A DNA stretch of 64,000 nucleotides from Moraxellaceae bacterium. Its GTDB lineage: Bacteria > Pseudomonadota > Gammaproteobacteria > Burkholderiales > Rhodocyclaceae. This document shows positions 49,292 through 56,680 of the stretch, piece by piece (position 1 is the stretch's first letter; each line of letters begins with the position of its first letter). The position numbers and the translations under genes are program-made. The DNA is taken from contig JAVHYF010000010.1 of NCBI GenBank assembly GCA_031119205.1, positions 49,371-113,370 of the forward strand, given 5' to 3'. Under the pieces are notes generated by a model, which did not search any database, was not told the origin of the DNA, and saw only the letters and a program-made list of their open reading frames with translations.

Positions 49292-50301
49292 ACGCGCTGC
49301 AATGCACCCTGCTGCAGGCGCTCGCGGAGCAGGGCGCGCGTTCGCTGGCGGCGCTGGCGAAGCAGCTCGACCTGTCGATGAGCGTGCTGTTGCGCGAGTT
49401 GGATGCGCTCGGTGATCACAGCGATGACGGGCTCGGCTGGATCGCACTGGACCAGTACGGCGCGGAGTTGAGCCTGCAGCGCAAGGCGTCACTCACCCCT
49501 GCCGGCGAGGCCGCCGCGCGCATGCTGTTGCCGCGCGCGGACGAGGCCTTGTGGCAGGTGGACGCATTGCGCCACGACGGCGCCGTGCAGGCGTGCAGCG
49601 AGACGTTGATGGCCGAGGTGCCGGTGGGCATCGTACTGAACGGTGAGTCCTTCGCGGTGATGATGGCGACACCGACCGACCTGGAGGATTTCGCGGTCGG
49701 CCTGTTATCCAGCGAGGGCATCGTTGCCGCGCTGTCGGAGATCCGCGCCATCGAAGTCCATGCGCAGGCTTCCGGCATCAATCTCTACCTGAGCGTGGAT
49801 GAAACCAGCCACCAGCGTGCCGCCGAGCGCAGCCGCACGCTGGCTGGCCCCAGTGGTTGCGGGCTGTGCGGCGCGCGCAATCTGGGCAGCGCGCTGCGGC
49901 CGCCACGCAGGGTGGCGTCACCGGATGTGGGGGTGGAGACGATCCAGCAGGCGCGCGCGCAACTGGAGGCGCAGCAGGGCCTCAATGCGCAGACCGGCGC
50001 GGCGCATGCAGCTTTGTTGTTCGATGCTGCCGGCAGTCTGATCGCCGCCCGCGAGGACGTCGGCCGCCACAACGCACTCGACAAGGCGATCGGCGCCTGC
50101 CTGCGCGCGGGCAGCATGCCGAAGCTGGCACTGCTCAGCTCGCGCGCCTCGGTTGAGCTGGTGCAGAAATGCATGATGGCGAACGTGCCGGCACTGGCTA
50201 CGGTGTCGGCACCGACCGCCGCTGCGGTCGACCTCGCGCGCGCCTGCGGCATGCAGCTGTGGGCCTTCGTGCGTGAAGGGCGGGCGACGCGCTACGCCTG
50301 A
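49288..50301 (+). CDS. fdhD: Sulfurtransferase FdhD with N-terminal HTH-like extension
   Basis: EVPV, MATPTDLEDFAVG, SGCGLCG, REDVGRHNALDK, SSRASVELVQK; about 80 extra N-terminal residues. Confidence 0.88.
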   Translation: MNALQCTLLQALAEQGARSLAALAKQLDLSMSVLLRELDALGDHSDDGLGWIALDQYGAELSLQRKASLTPAGEAAARMLLPRADEALWQVDALRHDGAVQACSETLMAEVPVGIVLNGESFAVMMATPTDLEDFAVGLLSSEGIVAALSEIRAIEVHAQASGINLYLSVDETSHQRAAERSRTLAGPSGCGLCGARNLGSALRPPRRVASPDVGVETIQQARAQLEAQQGLNAQTGAAHAALLFDAAGSLIAAREDVGRHNALDKAIGACLRAGSMPKLALLSSRASVELVQKCMMANVPALATVSAPTAAAVDLARACGMQLWAFVREGRATRYA

Positions 50302-50307
50302 AACAGC

Positions 50308-50748
50308 TCAGGCGGTGGCGTGGCTGACCGCCCACCACACCGCGAGATAGCGTGCCGTCTTGCCGGTTGCCACCAGCAGCAGGAAGCGCCAGAAGGGTAC
50401 GCGCAACACGCCGGCCACGAAGGTCAGCGGATCACCGATTACCGGCACCCAGGCCAGCAGCAGGCTCCAGTCGCCCCAGCGCTGATAGTGCCGCGTGGCC
50501 TTGTCCAGTTGCGCAGCCTTGACCGGAAACCAGCGGCGCTCGCGGTAATGCAGCAGGAAGCGGCCCAGCGCCCAGTTAATGACCGAGCCCAGCGTGTTGC
50601 CCACCGCGGCGACCATCACCAGCAGCGCAGGCGTGATGTCGCCGTGGGCGAGCAGCGCCGCCAGCACTGCCTCGGACGAAGTCGGCAGCAGGGTCGCTGC
50701 GATCAGGGCTGCGAAGAACAGGCCGAGCAGGGCGCTGACAGTGTTCAT
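50308..50748 (-). CDS. yqaA: YqaA/DedA-family membrane protein
   Basis: AATLLPTSSEA, GNTLGSVINWALG, SLLLAWVPVIGDPLT, GKTARY. Confidence 0.88.
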   Translation of the reverse strand: MNTVSALLGLFFAALIAATLLPTSSEAVLAALLAHGDITPALLVMVAAVGNTLGSVINWALGRFLLHYRERRWFPVKAAQLDKATRHYQRWGDWSLLLAWVPVIGDPLTFVAGVLRVPFWRFLLLVATGKTARYLAVWWAVSHATA

Positions 50749-50771
50749 GTAGCAGGCGTGAGTACAGCGTG

Positions 50772-50805
50772 AAAAAGCCGGTGCGTTCTGCTTCTGCATC
50801 GGCTT
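50772..50805 (-). terminator. Intrinsic terminator after the Gfo/Idh/MocA gene
   Basis: Minus strand AAGCCGATGC / GCACCGGCTT stem plus T-run. Confidence 0.55.
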
Positions 50806-50819
50806 GTGGTGGTGTTGCG

Positions 50820-51800
50820 TCAGCTGCGGCCGTAGATGCGCAGGATCAGTTCCGTAGTCTGGCGTGCCTGTTGCGGCGTCACCAGTGGCGGACGGCCGTC
50901 GCGTACGGCTTCCTCTAAGTCGCGCAGGATGGCTTCGTGGCGCGAGGTGTCGGCGACTGCTGCACTGCTGGCACCCTTGTCGTCGTAGATATCGGTGGTG
51001 TTGGCCGGGTTGGGAATGCCGTCGATTTCCCAGGTGACGATGCGGTCGTCCAGGGTCACGAAACTTCCCCTCTCGCAGTGCACCTCCAACCGCGCCGCGA
51101 AGCCCGGGCGTGCGGCGGTCGAGCCGATGATGGTGCCGATCATGCCGTTGGCGTAGCGCAGCAGGGCCGCGCCATGGTCTTCGGTCTCGATGTCGTGGGC
51201 GAAGGTGCCCAGCTCGCTGACCACCTTGTCCGGCATGCCGAACAGCCACAGGTAGTAGTCGATGTTGTGGCAGGCCTGCTGGATGAACGGGCCGCCGCCA
51301 TCCAGCGCCCAGCCGCCGCGGTAGGCGCCGCTGTCGTAATAGGCCTGGTCCCGCCAGAACTTGGCAGCGAGGTCGGCTGCATACACGCGCCCGAATGCAC
51401 CAGCCTCCATCAGGCGCTTGATGGCGAGATTGTCCGGATTCGTGCGGCGCTGGTAGGCAGTCGCCAGCGTGACGCCCGCGGCCTCGCAGGCGGCGATCAT
51501 GCGATCCATGTTGGACAGTGTGATGTCCAGCGGCTTCTCGGTCAGCACGTGCTTGCCGAGTGCGGCAGCTTCGGTGGCGCCTTCGTGATGGAGGCCGTTT
51601 GGCGTAGTGAGGATGACGGCGTCGAAGTCGATGGCGCTTGCGGCCGCCGTGATCGTCGGCCAGCAGGGCATGTCGGGTGCCACGGCAGGACGGCGCCCGC
51701 TGCGTGAGACGCAGCCCACCACTTCGCTGCCGGGAATGTTTGCGATGGCGCCGATGTAGGTGCGGCTGATGTTGCCGGTGCCGACGAGGAGGTATTTCAT
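50820..51800 (-). CDS. Gfo/Idh/MocA-family oxidoreductase
   Basis: VGTGNIS, TPNGLH, HVLTEKP, YQRR, GGGPFIQQACHNID, ETED. Confidence 0.92.
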   Translation of the reverse strand: MKYLLVGTGNISRTYIGAIANIPGSEVVGCVSRSGRRPAVAPDMPCWPTITAAASAIDFDAVILTTPNGLHHEGATEAAALGKHVLTEKPLDITLSNMDRMIAACEAAGVTLATAYQRRTNPDNLAIKRLMEAGAFGRVYAADLAAKFWRDQAYYDSGAYRGGWALDGGGPFIQQACHNIDYYLWLFGMPDKVVSELGTFAHDIETEDHGAALLRYANGMIGTIIGSTAARPGFAARLEVHCERGSFVTLDDRIVTWEIDGIPNPANTTDIYDDKGASSAAVADTSRHEAILRDLEEAVRDGRPPLVTPQQARQTTELILRIYGRS

Positions 51801-51840
51801 GGCCTGAAGGGGAGCGTGCTTGTTGCGCAGGGAGGGGCGT

Positions 51841-52956
51841 TCAGTACACCAGGTCCGTGACCATGCTGATCGCGTTGCCCATGTGACGTTGCATGGCTTC
51901 GGATGGCAGTGTGTAGAGCGCGGCCACGGTGACGATGACGGCGACAAGGCCCGCGGTCAACAAGGTGCTGCTGGGTGCGGCTGGCGGGGCGCCGTAACGG
52001 TTGTGTCGGGGGGAGCCGTCCTTGAACAGCAGGTATGCCATGAAGGCCAGGTTGACGTAAGGCACCAGTCCCAGCAATGCCGCATAACCGTTGCGGCCGA
52101 TGTCGTGCAGGCGACGTACGAGAAGCGGCGCAAGGATGTAGATGCCGCCCCCGGCCGCTGCCAGCAAACCGATGATGGCGCCGAATTCCCCCAGGCTGGC
52201 CCCCGCGAGCAGCACGAGCGCGGCGGCGGACAGCACAAGCAAGGTGTTCGCGAACAAGTGGCCGCGTCCTATGCGACCGGCACCGAAGCGCTTCTCGATC
52301 GCTTCGTCCAGAAGATCTTCGTCGCCGGGAGAGATCGTCATCGCGACCGGCACTTGCGAATCCAGGATGCTGATGTCCGGCAAGCGCATGCGCGTCGCGG
52401 CTGCCATCTCTTCCTTTTCCAGTTGCCGCTGGGCCGTTTCGTAAGCCTCCATGTCGAAGCCGCAGCTACGGCAGAGCTTGCGCCTCGTCTGCCGGTCGCC
52501 ACATTTCTGGCACATGATCTTTTCGGTCTGGGGCCTCGTCACCGGTTTGGGTGCCGGCGTCGGCACGGCAGGAATGGCCGGCAGGGCGTCCGCAGCCTCG
52601 TCGAGCATCGCGGCGAGCGGACGGGCTGGCGTGTAGATGTCGGTCTTTTCGGGGTCGAAGCCCGGAGCGGGTTCGATTGCGCGGATGCCCGGGTCAGGAG
52701 CAGTCGTCGGCCGCGCCACGACAGTCATTTCCTGCACCTTGGCCCGCATGCCGATCTTGCGCAGTTCGCTGAGGTAGCGCGCGGCGTTGGCCTTGTCCAG
52801 GCCTTTGCGCAGCACCACGGCCTGGCCGGAGAAGATGGTTTCCAGCTGCGCGGGTTTCAGCCCCAGCCGTTGGGCTGCAGTCTGGCTGACCTCGTCGCGG
52901 TTGAAACCGTCCAGCAATTCACCGCGGAAGATGATCCGGTATTGAGTATCGGGCAT
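51841..52956 (-). CDS. DUF805 membrane protein with N-terminal soluble domain and Zn ribbon
   Basis: YRIIFRGEL N-domain, CQKC/CRSC, GRIGR, VRRLHDIGRNG, GSPRHNRYG; start placed at MPDTQY. Confidence 0.8.
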   Translation of the reverse strand: MPDTQYRIIFRGELLDGFNRDEVSQTAAQRLGLKPAQLETIFSGQAVVLRKGLDKANAARYLSELRKIGMRAKVQEMTVVARPTTAPDPGIRAIEPAPGFDPEKTDIYTPARPLAAMLDEAADALPAIPAVPTPAPKPVTRPQTEKIMCQKCGDRQTRRKLCRSCGFDMEAYETAQRQLEKEEMAAATRMRLPDISILDSQVPVAMTISPGDEDLLDEAIEKRFGAGRIGRGHLFANTLLVLSAAALVLLAGASLGEFGAIIGLLAAAGGGIYILAPLLVRRLHDIGRNGYAALLGLVPYVNLAFMAYLLFKDGSPRHNRYGAPPAAPSSTLLTAGLVAVIVTVAALYTLPSEAMQRHMGNAISMVTDLVY

Positions 52957-53258
52957 GCCCAGCCACGCTTTTTGATCGGGAATGGAACGCAGTTTATCCA
53001 AAACGGATGTTGCGCTGCTTCCAGCATGGTCGAGCCGCCACGTTAAAGTCGGAAATAGCGTGTCTGGCGTGCGATTCTCCACGTGGCCGCGCCTTGCGAT
53101 AAGGCTTTTTGCCCACACATTGGTGGAAAGCTGCCGCATTGCACGATAAGCACGTAAGCGTTTCGTCAGCTTTACGGCTAAGCTTGCGGTTAACCCCAAG
53201 ACCTGGACAGACTCCGGGTACTTGCCCAATTCATCTGCCTGGTTGTCCTGATTCAACG

Positions 53259-54905
53259 ATGCACACGGTGCTTGATTACCTGCGCCGCTACGCCGATCTG
53301 GTCCTGGAACGCTATCGCGATCCGTACCACGGCACGCCGCTTTTCTTCGATGGTTTCGATACCTTCACCGGCCGCCCGGTCGTGTGGAAGAACGTCGACG
53401 GCACCCCCTGGGAGCCGTCCAACCTGGCGTCACAGCAGAATTTCTTCCGCTTCCTGGTATGCCTCAGCCGGCTGACTGGCGAGGAGCGTTATGCCCAGGC
53501 CGCCCGTGATGCGATCCGCTGGCACTTCGATCATGCCAACAAGGGTGGCTTGCTGACATGGGGTGGCCACTCGTTCATAGACCTGCGCACCCTGCGTGCG
53601 GTAGGGCCCGAGAACAAGCACCAGGTGCATGAACTCAAGCACCACTACCCATACTACGAACTGATGAACGAGGTGGATCCGGCGGCTACGGCGCGTCTGA
53701 TCAAGGGCCTCTGGAATGCGCACATCGACAACTGGGACAGCCTGGAGCTGACCCGCCATGGTCAGTACGGCCGGTCGCTGGATGAGCAGGGGGTGTGGAA
53801 TGCAGCCCAGCGTGCTGACCTCGACCTGCTGCGCGAGGCCCGCGGGTTGTCGTTCGTCAATATCGGCAGCGACCTGATCTATGCCGCGTGCATGTTGCGC
53901 AAATTGCAGGATGACGAGCAGGCACTGTCCTGGGGAGAGTTCCTGGCCTGGCAGTACGTGCGCAGCCGGCATCCCGTCACCGGCCTCGGGGTCTATCAGT
54001 TCAACCGGCCTGAGAAGCGCGAGGAGCCGCCGACCGACGAGAACGCCCATAATTTCACCTGGTCGTTCTTCGGCGATCGCGCGCAGCGCCAGTTCGGCCC
54101 CGAGTATGGCGAAGTCGCCCAGGAGGCCTGGGTGCTCTTCAAGATGGACGAAGAGGCGCTCAACGGGCCGGAGGGCATCTACGGGGAGAGCGCGCTGGCA
54201 CAGATGCTGATGGCGCGCGAGCTGGGCGAGTCCGGCCGCCGGCTCCGCGACTGGACGCTCGACGGCCTCGATGCCTGGGCACGCCATGCCTACATTCCGG
54301 AGACGAACGAGATCAAACCCATGTTCGCAGATGGCCGCGATCTGACGGGTGAGGTCTTCCAGCGTTTCGGCTACTACGGTCCCAAGGGCAAGGAATTCGT
54401 ACGCCGTCCCATCACCGGCATGGTGTTCCTGTCCTATGCCACGGCGTGGGCGGTCAGTGGCCGCGCCTCACTGTGGCCGACCGTGTGCGCCATGGCACGC
54501 AACTTCGGACTGGGCGACTGGGATGCGGCCAACCCCGGACAACCACGCAACGTGGCTGTCCCGCAGCAGGTGGATGCATTGTTGCTGAGTGCCGTGATGG
54601 AGGTGCATCGCGCCACCGGAGTCGCGATCTATCTGGAACTGGCACAGAAACTCGGTGAGCGGATGTTCGCGGAGCGCGCGCACCGCGGCGCCATGGTGGC
54701 CAGCGAACGTCACACCTATTGTCGTCTCGACGATCCGGAGCCGCTGGCGCTTGCACTGATGCTGGCGCGCTTGCAGGGTTGCGATGAAGGCCTGCCGGTG
54801 CTGCGTGGGTATGGCGGTTACATACACGGTGACGCCATGCTGGAAGATGGCTCCTGCCGCAATATCCAGGACATCAAGGCCATCTACACGCAGACGCAGC
54901 CCTGA
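53259..54905 (+). CDS. PL2-family pectate lyase without signal peptide (PelW-like)
   Basis: LASQQN, WGGH, HELKHHYPYY, TRHG, GVYQF, RAQRQFG; no N-terminal hydrophobic stretch. Confidence 0.85.
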   Translation: MHTVLDYLRRYADLVLERYRDPYHGTPLFFDGFDTFTGRPVVWKNVDGTPWEPSNLASQQNFFRFLVCLSRLTGEERYAQAARDAIRWHFDHANKGGLLTWGGHSFIDLRTLRAVGPENKHQVHELKHHYPYYELMNEVDPAATARLIKGLWNAHIDNWDSLELTRHGQYGRSLDEQGVWNAAQRADLDLLREARGLSFVNIGSDLIYAACMLRKLQDDEQALSWGEFLAWQYVRSRHPVTGLGVYQFNRPEKREEPPTDENAHNFTWSFFGDRAQRQFGPEYGEVAQEAWVLFKMDEEALNGPEGIYGESALAQMLMARELGESGRRLRDWTLDGLDAWARHAYIPETNEIKPMFADGRDLTGEVFQRFGYYGPKGKEFVRRPITGMVFLSYATAWAVSGRASLWPTVCAMARNFGLGDWDAANPGQPRNVAVPQQVDALLLSAVMEVHRATGVAIYLELAQKLGERMFAERAHRGAMVASERHTYCRLDDPEPLALALMLARLQGCDEGLPVLRGYGGYIHGDAMLEDGSCRNIQDIKAIYTQTQP

Positions 54906-55037
54906 TTATTTCGGGTGCCAATGTGTTTGTACGCTGGTTTCAGCGGCCAAAAATCACCATTTTCGAACGAACGATCTGAAATCCGTTTGGCGGCGTGACG
55001 TGATTGACGCTTCTGTCGAATTGTGTCGCGCTGCAAA

Positions 55038-55066
55038 TTGACTTGAGTTCCGCGGGCAACCAATCT
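55038..55066 (+). promoter_or_regulatory. Candidate promoter for the first PL3 lyase
   Basis: TTGACT-N17-CAATCT; same layout as 58969-58997. Confidence 0.55.
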
Positions 55067-55190
55067 CCAGCCTGACCACGCAGAAGCAGTTAGTACCGAA
55101 GAGCATTTCGTGCGGCCAGGAGGAGGTCAGGCTGTCACCGAAAGTGCCGTCGTGGTCAGACACCAATCGTGGTTCTTTTGGAGACATCTC

Positions 55191-56171
55191 ATGAAACTCA
55201 AGCTCGTCGTCGGTGGCCTGCTGGCCGCCATGGCTTTCAGCAGCCAAGCAGCAACTGACTACCCGTCCGGCTACACCAAGTGTGCCCAGAACACCGGCGC
55301 TACCTGCTCGTTCAGCGGCACCCGTTCGGTCGCCCTGGGCAAGTCCGGCAACTTCGTCTACGGCACCTTCACCAACAGTGTTGCCTGCTCCAGCAGCAAC
55401 TTCCCCAGCAATAGCTTCCCGGGCTCGGCATGGTGCTCGTACGCTGGTTCGACTTCGTCGTCCAGCAGCTCCTCGTCCAGCTCCAGCAGCTCCTCCTCTT
55501 CGTCGAGCTCCAGCTCCTCGTCGTCGAGCAGCTCGTCCGGCACGGGCAGCAGCAGCGGTGGTATCACCGGTGCGACCTGCTCCTCGACCGGCAACCAGTC
55601 CATGTCCTCGACCATCACCGTCAGCAGCGGCACCTATGACGGCGGTTGCAAGACCTTCAACCCGTCTTCTTCGATGGGCTCCGGTGACCAGGACGAAGGT
55701 CAGGATCCGGCCTTCATCATCTCCGGCGGCGCAACCCTGAAGAACGCCATCCTGGGCAACAACGGCGTGGACGGTGTGCACTTCAAGGGCAACGGCACGC
55801 TGCAGAACTTCCGCTGGAGCAACATCGGTGAAGACGCCTTCACGCTGAAGGAGTCGGGCACGATCTACATCACCGGCGTGTCGGGCTACAACGGTGAAGA
55901 CAAGTTCGGCCAGGTGAATGCCGCCGGTACCATCAACATCTCCAACTGCATCGTCGACAACGTTGCCAAGGTGATCCGTCAGAACGGTGGCACCACGTTC
56001 AAGATGACCGTGAACATCGACCGTTGCCAACTGTCGAACCTGGGCGAAGGCGTGTTCCGTTCGGACAGCTCCAGCTCGGTCGGCAAGCTGACCAACAGCC
56101 GCCTGCGTAACTCGGGCTCGCTGTGCATCGGCAAGATGAGCTGCTCGCAGTCGGGCAACACCAACTACTAA
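55191..56171 (+). CDS. Secreted PL3 pectate lyase: 4-Cys module, poly-Ser linker, catalytic domain
   Basis: Signal peptide ending SSQA; DQDEGQDP, DGVH, WSNIGEDA, EDKFGQVN, KVIRQNG; SD GGAG. Confidence 0.88.
   Translation: MKLKLVVGGLLAAMAFSSQAATDYPSGYTKCAQNTGATCSFSGTRSVALGKSGNFVYGTFTNSVACSSSNFPSNSFPGSAWCSYAGSTSSSSSSSSSSSSSSSSSSSSSSSSSSSSGTGSSSGGITGATCSSTGNQSMSSTITVSSGTYDGGCKTFNPSSSMGSGDQDEGQDPAFIISGGATLKNAILGNNGVDGVHFKGNGTLQNFRWSNIGEDAFTLKESGTIYITGVSGYNGEDKFGQVNAAGTINISNCIVDNVAKVIRQNGGTTFKMTVNIDRCQLSNLGEGVFRSDSSSSVGKLTNSRLRNSGSLCIGKMSCSQSGNTNY
55449..55556 (+). repeat. Poly-serine linker coding tract
   Basis: Run of mixed TCG/TCC/TCT/AGC codons. Confidence 0.9.
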
Positions 56172-56280
56172 GATTCACAGTAGTTGAGTCGTGACCGCGC
56201 CGCTCTGGCGGCGCGGCTCTGCGACAGCAGTCCTCAAGTTTTACTGCAGTATTTGTTGTTTCCTGGTTAGTTGTTTATTG

Positions 56281-56316
56281 AACGCACGGCTCTCGGGCCG
56301 TGCGTTTTTCTTTGTT
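56281..56316 (+). terminator. Intrinsic terminator after the PL3 gene
   Basis: AACGCACGGC / GCCGTGCGTT stem plus TTTCTTTGTT. Confidence 0.75.
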
Positions 56317-56680
56317 GCTGCGTGTGCTGAGTGAGGCAGAGGCGCGCGCGAGAACTGACTGAGCGTGGATGGCCCACAACCGGGCTGTTCAGGAGGCAGG
56401 TGAAGCTTCTTCGCGCGGACGGCGATTCGCTTTCTGCTCGTTCTCTCGCGATCTGGCCACAGTTGCGATTACTGGCGCGCAGGAGACCCATCGCTTGAAG
56501 TGCGCGATGGTTGAAGGGGCATGTGTGGGAGCGGCCTGTCTGCAGAAGCAGGCCTTGCCTTGCGCCACCGCAGTGGCGCGTGAGCCGCGCATGCTCGTCC
56601 CGCTGAATGAGTACCCGTGCAGCTTACGGGCTGCGCCAACGCCAGCATGGCGCCGGTGAGGCGTTGCCGCCTCGCCGTGC

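Noticed and set aside
45887-49492. 1201-aa minus-strand ORF and 1096-aa plus-strand ORF (46001-49291)
   Set aside because: Each is a real gene (hydrolase 45887-46846; YdeP-type 46979-49291) extended by the stop-free antisense frame of the other, as is common at high GC.
52957-53258. Long N-terminal extensions of the DUF805 and PL2 ORFs (also uvrC, hrpA, tag, MFS and others)
   Set aside because: The extensions overlap each other or promoter regions and lack family similarity; downstream starts were chosen.
54960-55000. KdgR box (TGAAATCCGTTT)
   Set aside because: Spacing and right arm do not fit the Dickeya consensus.
55040-55190. c-di-GMP-I riboswitch in the lyase leader
   Set aside because: GGGCAACC is suggestive, but the downstream GGGACGCAAAGC core and paired P2 are absent.
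55191-56171. HrpW-like type III harpin
   Set aside because: Has a classical Sec signal peptide, and there are no T3SS genes in the window.
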